Shown: positions 1 to 13,285 of the stretch, piece by piece | Layout of the letters: every line of letters begins with the position of its first letter | How positions within the stretch are numbered: the first letter of the stretch is position 1 | Assembly (NCBI RefSeq): GCF_018977255.1 | Contig: NW_024704743.1 | Span: 111,044,001 to 111,108,000 of the forward strand | DNA: 64,000 bases | Source of the DNA: Callorhinchus milii | Lineage: Eukaryota | Reading direction: 5' to 3' | Notes under the pieces: model-generated | What the model was told of the DNA's origin: nothing | The model's input: the letters and a program-made list of their open reading frames with translations, nothing else | Database searches by the model: none | Made by a program: the position numbers and the translations under genes

Positions 1-499
1 TTTATATGACGGGACTTTGAAGAATATATAGTGCAGGATCCTTATATCAGTTTGCCCTCTGAATCCCCATCTAAGGGGCAAATTAATTCTTTTACTGAGC
101 CCTTGAAAGGGAATTATACTAGATTGTATGTACACAACTTTAAAAGCTGTAATGTTTGTCACCGTGTACAGAGACCCAATCTTAAGTCAATAACATATTG
201 TTTGGAATTTATTAATCTGGTGTATGAACAAAGCTCCCATCTGCTTACATCCCATCTTGTTTCTTTCTGTCAGTACAGTTAATTAATTTGAAAACCTAAT
301 ATGCTATTTTATTGAGCTTGTCTGGATTACTGAATTACACACAGGCATTACACTCAGGTGAAATTGCATTTTCCTCATCAAAATGTTTATTTTGCTTTTG
401 TGCGATAAGTATATTTATATACTTTGCACTAGAATGATCAGTGGGGTTAATATTAGAAATGGTAGATCAGGAGAGAGGTTGAAATGAAGAATGCTCTTT

Positions 500-645
500 G
501 CCTTAGTTGATCTCATCATTCCAGAACACCAACCCGACTTCCTTCCCATGTTACCATCCAATTGTTTCTGAAATGAATCAGGACCTGCCGTCTACCATCT
601 TTTCTGGTAACCTGTTCCAGCTGTTCAGACACTTGTGTAAAGTAA
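500..645 (-). mobile_element. Degraded CR1-type LINE 3' fragment
   Basis: Reverse strand resembles the CR1 ORF2 C-terminal/3' region (tggaacaggttaccagaaaagatggtagacggcag...ttcagaaacaattggatg). Confidence 0.5.
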
Positions 646-666
646 TACTTGGTGGTGGTTGTCCTT

Positions 667-1035
667 GATCTTATAGGTTTCAACGGTCTTGACAGGGTAG
701 ATGCTGTGAGACTGGTTCCCCTGGTTGGAGAATCTAAAACTAGGGATCATAGTCTCAAGATTAAGGGTCAGCCTTTTCGAACTGAGTTGAGGAAACATTT
801 CTTCACTCAGAGGGTAGTGAATTTGTGGAATTCTCTACTCCAGAAGGCTGTGGTTGCTCAGTCCTGGAACATATTCAAGACTGAGGTTGATAGATTTCTA
901 AAGGATAGAGGGATTACGGGATATGGGAATAGGACAGGTAAATGGAATTAGGTTACAAGATCAGCCATGATTTTATTAAATGGCGGAGCAGGCGAGAGGG
1001 CCCGAATGGCCTACTCCTGCTCCTACGTCTTATGG
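667..1035 (+). mobile_element. CR1/L3-type LINE 3' end (ORF2 C-terminus and 3' UTR), 5'-truncated
   Basis: ORF 649-951 reads ...SKTRDHSLKIKGQPFRTELRKHFFTQRVVNLWNSLLQKAVVAQSWNIFKTEVDRFL, the typical CR1 ORF2 terminus. It is followed by the tail ggcggagcagg...gaatggcctactcctgctcct. Confidence 0.9.
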
Positions 1036-1250
1036 TAAAGGGCAATTTAGAATAGATAACTAGGAAGTTTTTCTTTTTGACCTCTGCCTATAATGATTGT
1101 TAACAGAGACCTGCGTCAACCATGTCAGTGTCTCTCTGTGAAGCTGTTATTGCACAATCTGTTTGTGTTGAACAAGGCTTTACGAAGTGTAACCGGGGTC
1201 AGACGAAATGTCAGACAAACCGTTGTAAATGGCTCAAAGCAAAGCTAAAA

Positions 1251-1465
1251 TTCCCAGCAGGACGAAACCTTGGACAAGTTTCCTTACTTGATAATATTCC
1301 CTCAAGAAAAAAAAACAATAATAAAAGTTGGTCACTCAATCCCTGACTGTTTGTGTAATATTGCTGTGCGGAATTGGCTGCCATGTTTTGCCCACAAATA
1401 TACAGTCAATTTACTTTACAGTCTATTCTGTGAAGCGCTATATCAAATGCAAAGATTATTATTAC
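1251..1465 (+). mobile_element. Deu-domain SINE, 5'-truncated copy
   Basis: Matches the full-length copies in the window (gcaagtttccttact...aattggctgcc...atcaaatgcaaagattatt). Confidence 0.85.
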
Positions 1466-1917
1466 TCCTCTTATAGTCTAACCTTGAACCTGTGTCTCCT
1501 TGCCTTGCTACCTTGGCATATTTGATAGTATTGGTTTACTTCTTCTTATATCTTAACCTTTGGATGTCCTCCTGACGTGAAAGGCACTCTATAAATGTAA
1601 TTTTGTTGTTATATACTGCTGTAAAGACCCCTCTGAAACGTGTTGTTATTATTTCCAAGACTTATCTGGTAGTTCCTGGTTGCTCATATCTCAGCCATCA
1701 AGCACCAAGGATTAGTCTTGTTTCTCTTGTTGCTACAATGATAAACTGTGTAAAAATAAAATCTCATCCTTCCAAAAAGTCAATTTATCCCAAATATCGA
1801 AAATGAGTACATTTAGCAAATGTCTGGCAGAACAAAATTGAATTCCTGTACTATATGTGAGGATAGTAAACTGCAAACTGCAGGGTCAGGTTATTAGCTG
1901 GAGTTAGATTAGAAGAA

Positions 1918-1987
1918 CAGCCATGATTGAATGGCGGGCCAGGCTCGAAGGGCTGAATGGCCTACTCTTGCTCCTACATGTTATGTT
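1918..1987 (+). mobile_element. CR1 3' tail stub
   Basis: cagccatgattgaatggcgggccaggctcgaagggctgaatggcctactcttgctccta closely matches 962-1025. Confidence 0.8.
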
Positions 1988-2121
1988 AAACTGTGATCCT
2001 TTTTTTAAAAAATGTTTTTTTCAATTGCATGAAAATAATTTCAATTTTGCTTATGTTGGTACAGGTGTAAACATTTCCAGCTGCTTTCAGTCCATTGAAA
2101 TTTTGTTCTTATTCTGTTTAG

Positions 2122-2269
2122 GAAGTATCAGAGGGGAGTGAAAGTGCGTTTGAGACTGGTTGACCTGGAGCTCACATCTCGTTTCCTTGGGGGCAAGACA
2201 GACACGACTTTGCTGGAGGCAGATGCTGCACTCCTTGGGTTGCTGGACAAAGCAAAGCAAAAAGAGTAA
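2122..2269 (+). CDS. MRPS28: Mitochondrial ribosomal protein S28 (bS1m), last coding exon
   Basis: Acceptor ttctgtttag at 2112-2121. Translation [48 protein letters not shown] matches the MRPS28 C-terminus (human ...[27 protein letters not shown]...). Syntenic with HEY1. Not in the supplied ORF list. Confidence 0.95.
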
Positions 2270-2327
2270 AAGTTAGAAATAGGATTTTTTCCTCTTGAGA
2301 GTATGTACTGTATCTCTTTGTTTAAAA

Positions 2328-2333
2328 AATAAA
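2328..2333 (+). terminator. Probable MRPS28 polyadenylation signal
   Basis: AATAAA ~60 nt after the stop codon, followed by T/GT-rich sequence. Confidence 0.7.
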
Positions 2334-3059
2334 CCTTTTATATGATGCATTTTTCGCGTGTTCGTCAAAGTTCAAAACCTTACTACACTACACTTTAGGT
2401 CTTTCACAACATGATGGTTTTTGGGAACTTGCTGTCCATAAAATGGCTGCTGTGTTTGCCTGAATAAGCAGTCACTACATTTGTCAGTTATTGTAAAGCA
2501 CTTTGAAATGTTTCAGTGTGATAAGGCACTATACAAACGCTAACTCGTAAATAGGGTTTGGGCCTAAAGTACAGTAGGTCAGAGCATCAATGACAGGGGC
2601 TTTCTCAATTCCACTAGAACTCCAGTCACTCACCTGAACCACGGCAACATTCGAGTTCAGCTCAACTCAACAGAGCAGCATTTCACTTTATGGACAAATA
2701 CAATATAAAATGTTTGACCAATGTACAAGCCAAATTTGTGTGTGTGGTGGGGTGGGGGCTGGGAGTGGGAGTCAGCTTGGTGTCTTGACACAACACGGTC
2801 CTTAAGAGTATCAAAACCAATGTGTTGGTCTTTGAACTGCTGTTTACAGTAGAATATTAGTACCTCATTCATTACTTGATAATGTCATGTTTATTTATGT
2901 AAACGTCAATGAAGTTTGAATCCTAAAATAATCTATAAAAATGTAATTTGATTAACCCCTTCAGGAATCTTAATTGATTTGTGTGTTATATAGTGTTTCA
3001 TGTACACAAGTATATGAGTAGTGTATATCATGTCTAGTATCATAGAAGCCTAAAAGACA

Positions 3060-3200
3060 AGCAGTGGGAAAACTATACGGTTTTAGCTGGTTAGATTCCA
3101 GCAATACCCCAACGCACACTCTGGGGTCCCCAAGCCTTGGCTCTTGCCAACTTGCGCCTAATACTTTCCGGAAATAGATAAGCAGATGCATCCTCCAGGG
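3060..3200 (+). repeat. Unidentified interspersed repeat, copy 1
   Basis: ggttttagctggtta...cccaacgcacactctggg...ccttggctcttgccaa is shared with 22785-23010 and 56450-56725. Confidence 0.8.
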
Positions 3201-4489
3201 AGAGAGTGCACATTCCATTCCAACAATCTGTCTCTGAGATTTCCATGTCTAGGTGGGTGCATGGAAACCTCAACTTGGTTTGGATACTCTTAAGCATGGT
3301 AATGGGTTTCTGCATGTGTCAGACAACCGGCTGACCAAAAAAAAAGCCCAGCAGAACCAGATGTGTAGGCTTAATTTCTGTGAGACTGCAAAGCCTTGAA
3401 GCTTCAGCTACTGATTTACATGAGAACAAATGGAACAAGATTTAGTGATAGAATGAAAATTCCACAAACCTAAACTTGCAGCAGACAAACCACATAATAT
3501 GACCAATCCATTAGCATATTGATATGACAGGTGAGCTGCAATGAAGGAGTGAAACAGCTGATTTACAACCTTTTTTTTTGAAGTCGAGATTTGTAAGGCA
3601 TTTGCATTTTGCATCTTGCTTTCTTCACTCATTTTGTGAATTTATTTGCAAAAATATATGAAAACAGTATATTTAGCAAGAAAACAGTCAACACTTTTTT
3701 TCTACAATTATAGTTCACAGCATATTCCTATTTTTCTAATTTTATTTTTGCGATGATTTTGACTTTGTTTAAAACCCCTTTACTAATTTCATCTTGATTT
3801 TCCACTAAATAGGCATTTTTCTTTAAGCCACGATAATCAGGATTGCTCTGGGTCAGATGATCATGGTGCTCAATAGGGAGTGAGATGAATTTCTTTGCCA
3901 CTTGGCCTCTCCTCATGGGGAATGTGACATGCACCGGTACTACAGTATAAGCTCAATTTGCTGCCCAGCTAAGAACTGATAAAACTTGTTCACAAAGGTA
4001 ACTGAGTCCAAGTGGCAGATTGGATTATGATTCAAATCTAGCTTCTGAATGGGAACCACCACCATCCTGCTGAATGCACCAAGCTACCTCTGATTTTAAT
4101 CATTTAACTTTATGACCCTTTCTCCTAGAGTGCGAATGGTTTTTTAGTTCAAAACAGAACCACTTTGTAGTTCCAATGCCAAAAAGTTACTTATCCCTTT
4201 CAACTATCTTCATGGCCACAGTTCTGGAGATACCATGATAATATCAAAAAACAATTATGGGTTTAACATATCACCGATATCAAATGTTGTTGTAATTGCA
4301 TTATGGTGAACATCTATAATCTTGTTTGCAGTGATTTTCAGCAAATTGCCCTTTTTTAATGTTGTAGGCAAATTATCACATTATATCCATGTATTAAAAT
4401 GTCACATTCTTCTTTTATAGAAAGTTATTTGTGTAGAAAGCATTTTGCACCACAATGTTGCTAAATAGCTATAGGCATGTGTTTCTAAT

Positions 4490-4580
4490 GATAATAATCC
4501 TTGCATTTGGTATCACGTCTTTGAGACGTCTCAAAGCGCTTCACAGGATATACGGTAAATTGTAGTGACTGTATTTTCTG
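4490..4580 (-). mobile_element. SINE 3' tail fragment
   Basis: ataataatccttgcatttg...gtctcaaagcgcttcacag. Confidence 0.8.
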
Positions 4581-5516
4581 GACTTTCTTTGTAGAAATGA
4601 TGCAGAAACAACCAGGTTTCAGTATAATTTCTACAAAAAAGTGCAAGCCTTAGATAGTTGTGTGTTAAATTGAAGCACACTACGCCAACTCCAGGAGGAA
4701 ATGGGCTGCAGAAACGTAGAGTGAACTGCTAAAGAGCAGTGATTGTTTGGAATATTTCTGCCTCTGCCCTTTGGTCCTCGGTCCTGCAGCATCTCTGCAC
4801 ACGCTGGATCACAGGGGAGCACCAGTTTCATTTACCGATTCAGCGACTTTGAAAAAAGCCCCTGTTCCCAATTAGTGTTGCAAGTTGTACAGATCAATGG
4901 TGGGTTAAACTGAGCTGCCCACTCAAGTGGTGGGCGTCCTATTTCATAAAAGGACGGGGTTTGCTCTTTCATGGTGCTGGGCTCTTTCAGTTCAACTACA
5001 GTGGGCTTGATTCTTGTGTGAAAAACAACTGCCACAATACTTAAATCCTAACCTCCTCACCCCTGACGGCATGGGAAAGTGCACTCCTCAGCTGTTAGTT
5101 ATATAAAGGCTGTTCCAGTCATGAGAAATGTTGATAAAAATGCAGCTTAACATCTCTCCTCCTACTCTTTCTTAATGTCAGCTGGTCTAGCGAGCTGCCT
5201 AATTGGAAAGAGGCTTTTCTGGGTGTGCTTGCCTTAATTTAGCACAGTGCAAAATGGCTGTGGCCAATTATTGTTTTTCAAAGAAAATATGCAAATTGTA
5301 ACATGTGTTTTTCCTTGTCTCTAAATTGTCTAAATTCAGAAATTGTGTTTTTTTTTCTTTGCAGCGTTCATTCTTGTGGTAGTTTGATGTGTTTAGGATG
5401 CATAATACATTCATTGTACTGTTCATTTAGGTTTCTTTTGGGTGGAGGTCGAATGAATTAACGTTTTAACAAACTTCCTTCCAAAGTCATGAAGTCACAC
5501 TGGCAGGAGATGGTAA

Positions 5517-5650
5517 TTATAATAATAATAATCCTTGCATTCGACATAGCGCCTGATCACGCCTTCGAGACATCTCAAAGCGCTTCACAGAATATACTAT
5601 AAAGTGAATTGTACTGTATATTTTGTGGGTGAAACGCGCGGCAGCCAATT
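5517..5650 (-). mobile_element. SINE 3' part
   Basis: (AAT)n tail plus ccttgcatt...cgcttcacagaatatact...gcagccaatt. Confidence 0.85.
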
Positions 5651-8299
5651 GATAATAATATGAAGTAGGGCAGTAAGTGTTTCTCATTGTCTTTCTCATT
5701 CCTTTATTACAACTTTTGATGCCTTGTTTGCATCATTAAAATCTAACTTTAGAAAATCTTATTGCAGCCACACAGTTACTCCAAAGGTCTTGATTTGTTG
5801 TTTCAGGCATTTTAAACTGTACTTTAGTGTTGGACTACTTCCCTGGTCAGTGGCGCACTGCATTTGTGGGCCTAATGATGAGATTTGTATTTTACATAGA
5901 GCTTTATCCCATTGTGAAAGCACTACATTTGCAATTCTCAGGATTTCTATAAAGTGTAGTGACTGTATATTTGTAGATAAACATGACAACTAATTTGTGC
6001 ACAACAATGTTCCACAAACGGCAATGATATAAATGACCAATTTTTTTTGGAGGATTATTAACCAGGGCATTGGGAGAAACTCCCTTCTCTTATGAGTAGA
6101 GTAAGTACTTTATACATGTACAATCTGTACTTTGTACACTCAATACACATCAGTAAAAATCCTGTGAAGCACTTTGAGATGCTTCGACAGTGTAAAAAGA
6201 TCATATACAGTAAGGAATATTATAATAGAGACCTTGCGTCGAATATGGTGTGTCCAATAAACAATGGAATTGGAAATTTGGTATTCTCAAACCAGGTCAC
6301 AATTAGTATAACAACTTCCAGTTTGCAAAAATAACCTTTTCAATCTCAGTGAGGTACTAATTACAATCAGGACTCGGGCAATGCTGAGCAGAGGTTACCT
6401 ACTCTCCCACAAAGGAGCAGAGAAACTTGGAGGCCCAATCACCTTGAGATACACTTAATGGCAGCGCTGTATCGGCAGAGCTTTGCTGTGGGATGGCACA
6501 AGATGCGAGACTCTTTTTCAAAACAAAAAGAGGGAAGGTTAGAAAAAAAATTGGGTAAAGGTTAAATGGCTTTTTAAAATGGCAGAGCACTGTGTGCCAA
6601 TGTGTTACTCCAATGATCTGGTGCCATTACCAGTTAGATCCTAATCTCAGCTAAGCTAAGGAAGAGGACCAGAGCCAAGGTAAACAGAGCCAAGTCTAAC
6701 TGAACTATTCCCCTACATGGAGTGGTATTCTAATATAAATCAGTACATGTTGCTCTTACACACTTCCCAGACACTAGCTGGTATCTGCCCTGGCCTAGGC
6801 TTTCTTGGCCCAGCAATGTTGCAAAACATGGACAGTGCCAAGGAAGAAGAGAAAGCTAAAATGGCTGGTTCTTTTTGGCTGCACCTTCCCCTCCGTGAAC
6901 AACTGAGCAGGCTGGAGGGTAGCCATTCAAACTGCTCAGACACCTACGAATGCTGCTTTGTAACCAGCTGCTCAAGGTTATACCAGAACTGTCTGGGGTT
7001 CCAACCTGCCAATTTGTACACTTCCCTTCACCATCCACCCAGCTGAGCCAAGAACCTCACCAGATGGGCAACTATGGCATTCATCTGCTGTGCGACCAGA
7101 CTGCCTACTGGAAGGCATGTTTTAAATGTAAATAAAGCTCAGTGTAATGAGTTTCAGTTGAAAGGGATTGTGCCTCAGCTGTGCCAAGGCTTGATGTTCA
7201 CATTGATGGCGATCTGTGTGGAGTGGTTAAACTGTAAGTGTGCACACCTCCAATTAGGCATGTGGTGAGTGGCAGTCCCCAGCAACATTCAACCTGAGCC
7301 CAGCAGATGACTTTGGTTAATAATTGATAATGCAGTGGGAGAAGGCAGCAGCAAGTTAATAATGTATATTGGGATTAATGCAAAACGAGAAGTCATGTGA
7401 TTATTAATAACAGTAATTAGATGAAGAATTGAAGCTTACAAGGGAGCAGGACCACACACCACAGATTTGGAAGATAGAAAAATAAGTGCAGGTTCCACTG
7501 AAAACAAAGCTACTTTTTTTTGTTAATTGGCATCTCCGCCTAGCTTTCCCACATGATGCCATAACGTCTGTTCAATGTAATGTAAAAAAATAAATGTGAT
7601 TTCTTGGCCACTGATCCCAGCTAATCGGATTGAATGATGTCACTGTGCTGACCTACACTGTCAGCTCTGACTTTCTTCCAATTGACTTTCAGTTGTACAT
7701 CTATTTCTTTGCAAGTAACATTTCTCGTTGAACTTCTCAATGTAGCATTTCAGGTCGTCCTCTCTGCATCACTCCTAGGTACAGCCGGCAAAGCGAGTGT
7801 AAGCTAGCCCAAGCAGCAAGTACGCTGCTCCTCAATGCAGGGTAAATAACTGAGCTGGAGGGCTGTGTTTGAGGCTTTCTGGCAGTTTCATTGCACAGTC
7901 AGTAATGGAGCTGGCAGGGCGGAATCAATTACTGGCCAGTCAAGATTTTCCCACAGGTCGGGGCTTGGGAAAAGACTTTACTGCTGCCTTGACAGCTGGC
8001 ATAGAGTGTCCACTGGGAAAGTGGTCTGCTGAATGAGAGACGGACAGATCCATGCGATAAATTTGGTGGTAAACCAGTGACAGGTCATAAATTAATGATC
8101 AGGCAGACAGCAAAACGTGTATGCACGTTCCTTTTCTTTTCCTCCCTCGTAATTTCTGCCTGGTCTGATTCCTCTTAGGACCGCTAGTATCTTTTGTTTT
8201 TGCTTTAATTCTTAAGTATTCTTGAAGTTTATAAGATTTTTAGCAGATTGCAAAAGATTATTTCCTCTTTTTTAATCCTATTAAAAAAATACTGTGCAC

Positions 8300-8425
8300 T
8301 ATTGATTGCCTTGTTTTGGCCTCAAAATACAGTCAATCCACTTTACAGTATATTCTGTGAAGCTCTTTGAGACATCTCAATGACGTGAAAAGGAGCTGTG
8401 TCAAATGCAAGGATTATTATTATGA
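8300..8425 (+). mobile_element. SINE 3' part
   Basis: cagtcaatccactttacagtatattctgtgaagc...aaatgcaaggattattatt. Confidence 0.85.
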
Positions 8426-9639
8426 TTTTGGCTCCAAAGCCTCACTGAAATCTCTTGATTATTTCCTCCTGAAATTATTATTATTATTATTATGTGTGAC
8501 CAGGGAAGTTGTCGATATCTAATGAAATAGTCGGACTTATTGTAGAATAAACAGAAGTTTTGAAAGTTTACAAAAAAAACACAGCACAAGGAAATATGTA
8601 AGGAGGAGAGTGGGAATGGGAACTGTTATAATATTTTAGTATATCATATATTTTATAATTGTTTTCCCTGACAAAGGGTTTTTACAATTAGCACACTTAA
8701 CATCTTTATTCCTGATGAGAGATCAAAAAGCAAACCTAGTGAAAGAAATAACTATGAAACGATGGTGCAGGGGGATAGAGACTAGGCTGGATTTAGCCAT
8801 TTAGCTGTTAAATGTTTATTCTGGTGTGTGCAGTGCGGTGTGTAACAGGATCACAAATCAGCTAGATCCTAAACAAACACACGGAGAGGGGAGGTGCTAC
8901 TTGTTCATCATCTGAAAATGCTCACTTGTCAGCACAGTCACTCAAAAACATTTTATGGGACTTTTTTTTCGACCTTTCCAAGTGTTGCTCTCCATCCTAG
9001 GCTCTAGGGGAGAATTCACTTGTGAGCTCCCGTCATCCAAGTCACTTCACTTAGCGACAGCAGGAATTTCTCGCCTTAGGTTTCTTTCAAAACCGGGCTT
9101 GCTGGTAACTGCGTTTGTCCAAACATCCATTCATTAGCAGTAAGTGTCATCTTGATGATTTGTCAACGTGCTGTTGGGTTTTCTCCAAATGCCTGTGTTT
9201 TCCATACCGTAAAAGACAACTGTTCTCTCTCATACCAGAGATGACAGGGTTGAAAATAATTTTATTTTGTATTGCTGTTTATTTGTCCCTTCGTGTTCAG
9301 AGTTTTAAAACAATGTCGTTAGGCGCCTGTGCTAAAGCTTCCTTTTCTGTTCGCGAACCTCTTCTCTTCTCCTGAACTCTTGCTCAGATTACACAACAAC
9401 AACTTGCATTTATGTAGTGCGCTTCACAGTGATAACGTCTCGGAGCTCAGGTACACAGGCACCTGAGGCAAAGCCTGATCCATCAAAAGATTGAGATTTT
9501 CAGCACTGAAAGCCCATTCAGGCCATCGTGTTTGTGCTGGCTCTTTTAAGAGCAATAATTTCAGTCCTATTTACATGCCCTTTCCACAAACCCATGAAAT
9601 TCATTTCTTCTTAGATATTTATTTAGTTCCCTTTTGAAA

Positions 9640-9910
9640 GTTTCCTTACTCCACACGCTTCTGTTTACCTAGAAGTACGTAGGAACTCGATTATTAGTCG
9701 ATTGGCGGATTGCTTTTCTGGGGATGATAATCCTTCAAAAAAAATTTAGTCACTGAATCCACGACTGTTTGTGGGACACTGCTGTGCGCAATTGGCTGTT
9801 TCGCCCACACATATACAGTCAATTCACTTTACAGTATATTCTGTGAAGCGCTTTGAGACGTCTAGAAGACATGAAAAGTGCTATATCAAATTCAAGGATT
9901 ATTATTATTA
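9640..9910 (+). mobile_element. Deu-domain SINE, long subtype, head missing
   Basis: aagtttccttactccacacgcttctgtttacctag...ctgtttgtgggacactgctgtgcgcaattggctg...(ATT)n. Confidence 0.9.
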
Positions 9911-10029
9911 ATCTTCTCATATAGGTTGCAATAAGCATCACTGGATACCATACATCTGAGTTTCTCTTCCCTACCCAAGGACTAAATGGTGGCCTCACTT
10001 CTGAGATCAACCATATCAACTATAATAAA

Positions 10030-10260
10030 TCATTGCATTTCACAGCAGACACTGTAAAGTGTCAGATTGTGTATTTTATAGGTGAACATGACAGCCAATT
10101 TGCACACAGCAATGTCCCACAAACAACCATGAAAGGACCAATTTTACCTGGGGAAATGTTGGCCAGGAAACCAGAAAAAACTCCCATCTCTTTTCGAATA
10201 GTGTCATGGGATCTTTAACCTTCACCTGAACAGGCAAGACGAGGCTTTGCTTTACCATCT
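10030..10260 (-). mobile_element. Old DeuSINE (SacSINE1-like) fragment
   Basis: cagccaatttgcacacagcaatgtcccacaaac...ttcgaatagtgtcatgggatctttaaccttcacctga. Confidence 0.75.
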
Positions 10261-11664
10261 CTCCCTCGCATCCCAGGTGTGTTCTTGTCTAGTTGCACCA
10301 CTCATTAAGCAGCAACTGTAGAATGCACGAGAGTGGAAAGACAGCACTTGTCCTTTGGCTTTGTGGTTTTCTTTCTCCGTGATTTAAAGGGTGACATGAA
10401 AAAGGAATGGATGTGTGAGAACTCGCAATCTGCAAATTAGCCTTGAAAATATTTTGATTAAAAGTTTTATCATTTCTATTTCAGTTTGTGCTAAGTGATT
10501 TGGTTGGTGTGTGCCTTAGAATCAGAGAATAATAGAAATTTACAGTACAAAAAGAAGACATTTGGTGCATTGAATCTGCACTGACTCTCAGAGCAAGCTT
10601 CAACCCACTGCCCGGTCTTAACCCCATACCTGATGGAGCCTCTTTCACATACCTGCCTTGAAAGAGAACATGTACCATCCTAATAACTGAGAAAGACATT
10701 CTTCATATGACGAGATATCCTCTGTTCTCATGCAATTATCTAATAGCAGTTGCAGAACTGCTGCATGAAATCTGTTATGAAATATTGCATTTTTAACCCT
10801 TATGTTTTACAACTCAGAAAGAGAAGCTTCAAGTACCTGCCATTTTTATACAATCGTTTAAACCTTACCAAACTTTAAAAGACAAAGTTGATTTTCACTT
10901 CCACTTAAGGGGCTCTAAAATTCAGTGATTTCAAACGGGATTCCTTAATTAAGAAATGTGTCATGCAGCCATTGCACAAAATCCCTCTGTCACAATCCAC
11001 TTTTGGAGCACAATTCCCATGGGTATGTGATGTGCAATGACATACTCTACGTCTGGTTATCAGGAAGATTCCCAATCGGAATCCTCAATTCAAGCTTCAA
11101 GTCGTCATGTTTTTGACCCCCTCTGTATTAATGGGAATAGAACATTTCTTGTGTGTTTTAACCAGGAGAATCATGAGTCAGCCATCTGGATGTGACCAGG
11201 ACCTCACATAGACTGGGCCTGTAAGTCCTGAATTCTCTGGCCTGTTTCCAGACAAGTGGCCTGTGTTCCTCCCCAGACAGTCCTGCAAGCTGGTGACACT
11301 CTCACAGACTGTAACCTAATCCTTTTCTGCTTTGTACAACTGAGGTTTTGTTGAAAGCCAAGGCATAGACACAGAAATATGTTAATCTGTTATGAATATT
11401 TGACCAGAAACATCTTGTAGACAATATTACAGAGTTTAAGGGAAATGGTGGGTGTTGGAACGGACCCTAAATGTTTTTTATACCCACATTTATAATTCGC
11501 TGTGTCTCCAGTTTCCACTCAGATAAATATGTGGTATAAATTGGATAAATACCTTGGGTTCGGAGATTTACAAAAAGGACCCCTGATCCCATCCTGAATC
11601 TTCTTGTTTATTGGTTTACGGTTGCTTCTACACAGTGAATCGCACAACGTTGGAATTTTTAACT

Positions 11665-11915
11665 CACATAGACTAGGCTGACACTCCAATACTGTGCTGT
11701 GGGTGCACAACATTGTTGGGGGTGAAATCCCGAGGATGAGATATTAAACCTGTTAAGCTGAGGACTTGGCACATCTGTCTGTCCAGGTGGGTGTTAAAGA
11801 CCCCACAACACTATTCAAAAGGAGATGGGAGTTTCTTATGGTGTTCTGGCCATCAGTCCCCCAGATAAAATTGGTCCTTCACTTCATGACTCTTTGTGGG
11901 ACATTGTTATGTGCT
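11665..11915 (+). mobile_element. Old DeuSINE (SacSINE1-like) fragment
   Basis: ctaggctgacactccaatactg...gatgagatattaaacc...caggtgggtgttaaagacccca...ctttgtgggacattg. Confidence 0.75.
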
Positions 11916-12819
11916 CAGGGCTTTTACGTGGTTACCTAAAAGGATAATATAGCCATAGATAGTACTGCAATATATTTAGTAAGTGACAGATAAGTAATTT
12001 CCTGGTATTGCAATGCCAACATGTTTTCTTGTTATTTACCTTTCCCGTCTCATGACAAAATACCATTTCTTTGTCATTATTGTGATGCCTGCTCATACTT
12101 AATCTCTGTGATTTTAGCGTTCTAGAGTTGAACAATTACTTACGCCCTTTGAAAAGAAGAGATAGTGACCTCAGGACCCTAATCTCCCTCAGATAAAGAT
12201 GTGCTTCTTCAACATTACTGACTGCATTAGGCTCATTCTCACATAGGCATTCCTTGGTTGTTCCTCTCAGGCTTTCCCGCCACCTTTGTGTGACCCTCAG
12301 CCTCATTTTGGCCTCTTTAATTTGCTCGGTCAATATATATTTTTCTCTGGTTTATTTATCTAGAAATAAAATCTTCTTGTGCTTCCTTATCACTGTCCCA
12401 CTGTCTACTTACAATCATGTTTTGCACTTCTCTTTCCAGCTGGCTATTTTCTAATCCAGTTTGCTCCACAAGAAGAAATATAGGCACATGCAATCTCCAT
12501 TCCTACAGCTGCAATGATAGTGATTATCAGAAGGAATCAACCTAGTTGTAGGCTCAAGGGAGCTTTTCCTTCAGAAACGCCTTTGCACAGTTATGGAATG
12601 AAGATTCAGTAGCAATTATTTTGTTTTGCCATCACAATGACTAACGTAGGATTTTCAGAGAATGGCTTGAGAACTCGTTGATCACACATGTGAGTCCTGG
12701 GAGACAACAACAACAACAAGATTACATTTGTATAGCACCTTTCATGTAGGGAGGACTTTCCCTTCCCTTGTGTAACTGAATAATTCTCTACAAGGCAGCT
12801 GGATGGAATCTGCAACCAT

Positions 12820-12935
12820 AATAATAATAATAATCCCTGCCTTTGATATAGCGCCTTATCATGACTTTGAGACATCTCAAAGTGCTTCACAGAATATACT
12901 GTAAAGTGAATTGACTATATTTTGTGGGCGAACCA
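12820..12935 (-). mobile_element. SINE 3' part
   Basis: (AAT)n tail plus gatatagcgccttatca...cttcacagaatatactgtaaagtgaattgact. Confidence 0.85.
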
Positions 12936-13019
12936 CAATGCCTTTACTGTCACTGCAACCCTTCATGATGCAAAAATATAGCTTTTTTTCCTGAACTTTT
13001 TTCTCTCGAGCAATTTTTC

Positions 13020-13285
13020 TCCTACAATTCTCTCCTATCAAGGGTTTTTGCTACTTGGTACATGGACTAGGGTATGGCTCTCATGTGCACTGGGCTTCCA
13101 AATGACTATTATTCAAGTGTGAATTCCGACAGTGAAAATTGGTGTCCTGTTCAACCAGCCAAGTCCTCTCTTGTCATCACCCAACATCCAACACACTTGC
13201 ACACACCCACAGTGGCTAGTGGAACAGGAGAAGCCTGGTTGATTTTCTCCTCCCTAACCTAGGAGCCCTGAGGCTAATTGCTTCA
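13020..13285 (-). repeat. Ancient SINE-like repeat fragment (second family)
   Basis: ctggttgattttctcctccctaacctaggagccctgaggctaattg is the reverse complement of the motif at ~36740-36785 (caattagcctcagttcccctgcataggaaagggctaaatcag). Related pieces lie near 14870-14960, 33605-33700, 38290-38395 and 44295-44375. Confidence 0.55.

Noticed and set aside
500..1035. Back-to-back CR1 fragments as a twin-priming inversion
   Set aside because: Both fragments cover the same 3' region and are divergent, so independent insertions are more likely.
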